This document shows, piece by piece, positions 18,783 to 20,000 of a stretch of DNA of 20,000 nucleotides. The stretch is from contig CAYXJN010000001.1 in the NCBI GenBank assembly GCA_964464605.1, forward strand, positions 47,068-67,067, written 5' to 3'. Position numbers and translations under genes: made by a program. The notes below the pieces were generated by a model that had not been told where the DNA came from, made no database searches, and saw only the letters and a program-made list of their open reading frames with translations. Position 1 is the first letter of the stretch. The number at the start of each line of letters is the position of its first letter. The stretch comes from an uncultured Ignavibacteriales bacterium. Its GTDB lineage: Bacteria > Zixibacteria > MSB-5A5 > GN15 > FEB-12.

Positions 18783-18889
18783 ACGTGCAACCATACCCCG
18801 CCGGTATCGTTATAAAGTACTGTGAACCAACAACGTAGAGCAAAGAACCAGTCCCGTCACCTCACGCCGGCCTGTATTTAGGACAAGCA

Positions 18890-20000
18890 ATGAAACTTCG
18901 CTACCTTCTTTTTTTCCTTCTGGTTTTTATTGTCTGTAAATCAATTTCCGCCCAAGAGGAAATAGAAGACACCACAACCGTTCAGCAGGAGCCGGTTTTT
19001 GTTCCCTGGCATATCAAAGAGGGTGACACAGCCCAACTAAAAGCACAGGCATTGCTGCCGAACATTACCTATCGCGCGCATAATAACGGCAGATTTTGGA
19101 ATACGATCATGAACAACGGAATTATCGGGAATCCAGCGGGGTACCGTGATCCGAGCAACCGTAATCGCGCCTCACCGGGATTCTTTTATCCGAATTACAG
19201 TAATGTCAAATATGGCGACATCGCCTCGCTCTGGGTGGGTGGTGTGGTGGATGATGATACGCTGGTCAGCTGCGGGTATGATGAAATCGGTAATTCGGAA
19301 TTTCTTCCGGATTTTTATCCGCTCGGTGAGTTCGAAGATCTTTCCGGGCGCTCCGATGCGGATTTCGGAGATTTGGTTGCCAAGCGGGCGGAGCTTGCGT
19401 TCCGGTGTACCTACACCGACACCAACTCACGCCCATCATTGGTGCCGTACAGCCAGTATGATCAACGGTACCATAGACCGCTCGATATCAAAGTAACGCA
19501 AACGAGTTATTCCTGGGCGTATCGGTTTGCCGAAGATTTCATGATCGTTGATTACGTGATTGAGAACGTCGGCACAAAAACGATCAATGATATTTGGGTT
19601 GGTTTTTACACGTTCGGGTTTATTCAACGTCTTGAAGGTCCGATGATTCCTCCACGCGTTGATGATTTTGAAGGGTACATCGACACTTGGCCGCATGAGA
19701 TTGAGGATTTAGGAAACGAAAAAATTCGTTTAGTGTTCGCATGCGACAATGACGGACAGCCGCAGGGTGAAGGATGGAGCTTGAATAAAGTTCAGCATGT
19801 TATCGGATTCGCGCCCTTAGCCATGCCCCCGGGAGCAGTACGGAATAATTTCAACTGGTGGACAACTGCACCGGCGAACTGGGGTCCGCGCATGCAGGGT
19901 ACGCTGCAATATCCGTATCGGCCCTATCTGAACGGATTCGGGGTTCCCTTCGGTGATAAAGCAAAGTATCACATGATGTACAAACCGGAAATAGATTACG
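18890..20000 (+). CDS. Secreted protein of unknown function, truncated by the window end (>370 aa; not in ORF track)
   Basis: Manual translation is open from ATG 18890 to the end: MKLRYLLFFLLVFIVCKSISA|QEE... signal peptide; SLWVGGVVDDDTLVSCG, HRPLDIKVTQTSYSWAYRFAEDFMIVDYVIENVG, DNDG, FNWW, GDKAKY...EIDY; AGGA upstream. Confidence 0.88.
   Translation, partial: MKLRYLLFFLLVFIVCKSISAQEEIEDTTTVQQEPVFVPWHIKEGDTAQLKAQALLPNITYRAHNNGRFWNTIMNNGIIGNPAGYRDPSNRNRASPGFFYPNYSNVKYGDIASLWVGGVVDDDTLVSCGYDEIGNSEFLPDFYPLGEFEDLSGRSDADFGDLVAKRAELAFRCTYTDTNSRPSLVPYSQYDQRYHRPLDIKVTQTSYSWAYRFAEDFMIVDYVIENVGTKTINDIWVGFYTFGFIQRLEGPMIPPRVDDFEGYIDTWPHEIEDLGNEKIRLVFACDNDGQPQGEGWSLNKVQHVIGFAPLAMPPGAVRNNFNWWTTAPANWGPRMQGTLQYPYRPYLNGFGVPFGDKAKYHMMYKPEIDY

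Noticed and set aside
19146..19696. ORFs 19146..19496 (+) and 19436..19696 (-)
   Set aside because: Alternative-frame and antisense shadows of the long ORF starting at 18890.

Overview
Bacterial housekeeping region, almost all on the minus strand. In transcription order it carries a complete F-type ATP synthase operon (atpZ-like, atpI, atpBEFHAGDC; c-subunit lacks the Na+ signature). A DUF4328-like membrane protein and an AT-richer PUA-like/NucS-type nuclease follow directly. Next come yceD (DUF177), rpmF-plsX-fabH-fabD-fabG-acpP-fabF-rnc, a small highly basic protein and etfB. A divergent, signal-peptide-bearing gene missed by the ORF track starts at 18890 and runs off the window; it resembles a family I recall from Zixibacteria/FCB-related genomes (not verified). 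The most unusual items are: (1) a cassette between yceD and rpmF, made of a 62-aa membrane protein and a GT4 glycosyltransferase split into two ORFs at the interdomain linker; (2) a 95-aa protein fusing a histone-H1-like Lys-rich repeat tail to a Myb/GcrA-like helix-turn-helix, with its own RBS and terminator; (3) a methylase-free nuclease appended to the atp operon. No rRNA, tRNA, CRISPR array or transposase was seen. Family calls are from motif recognition, not database searches.
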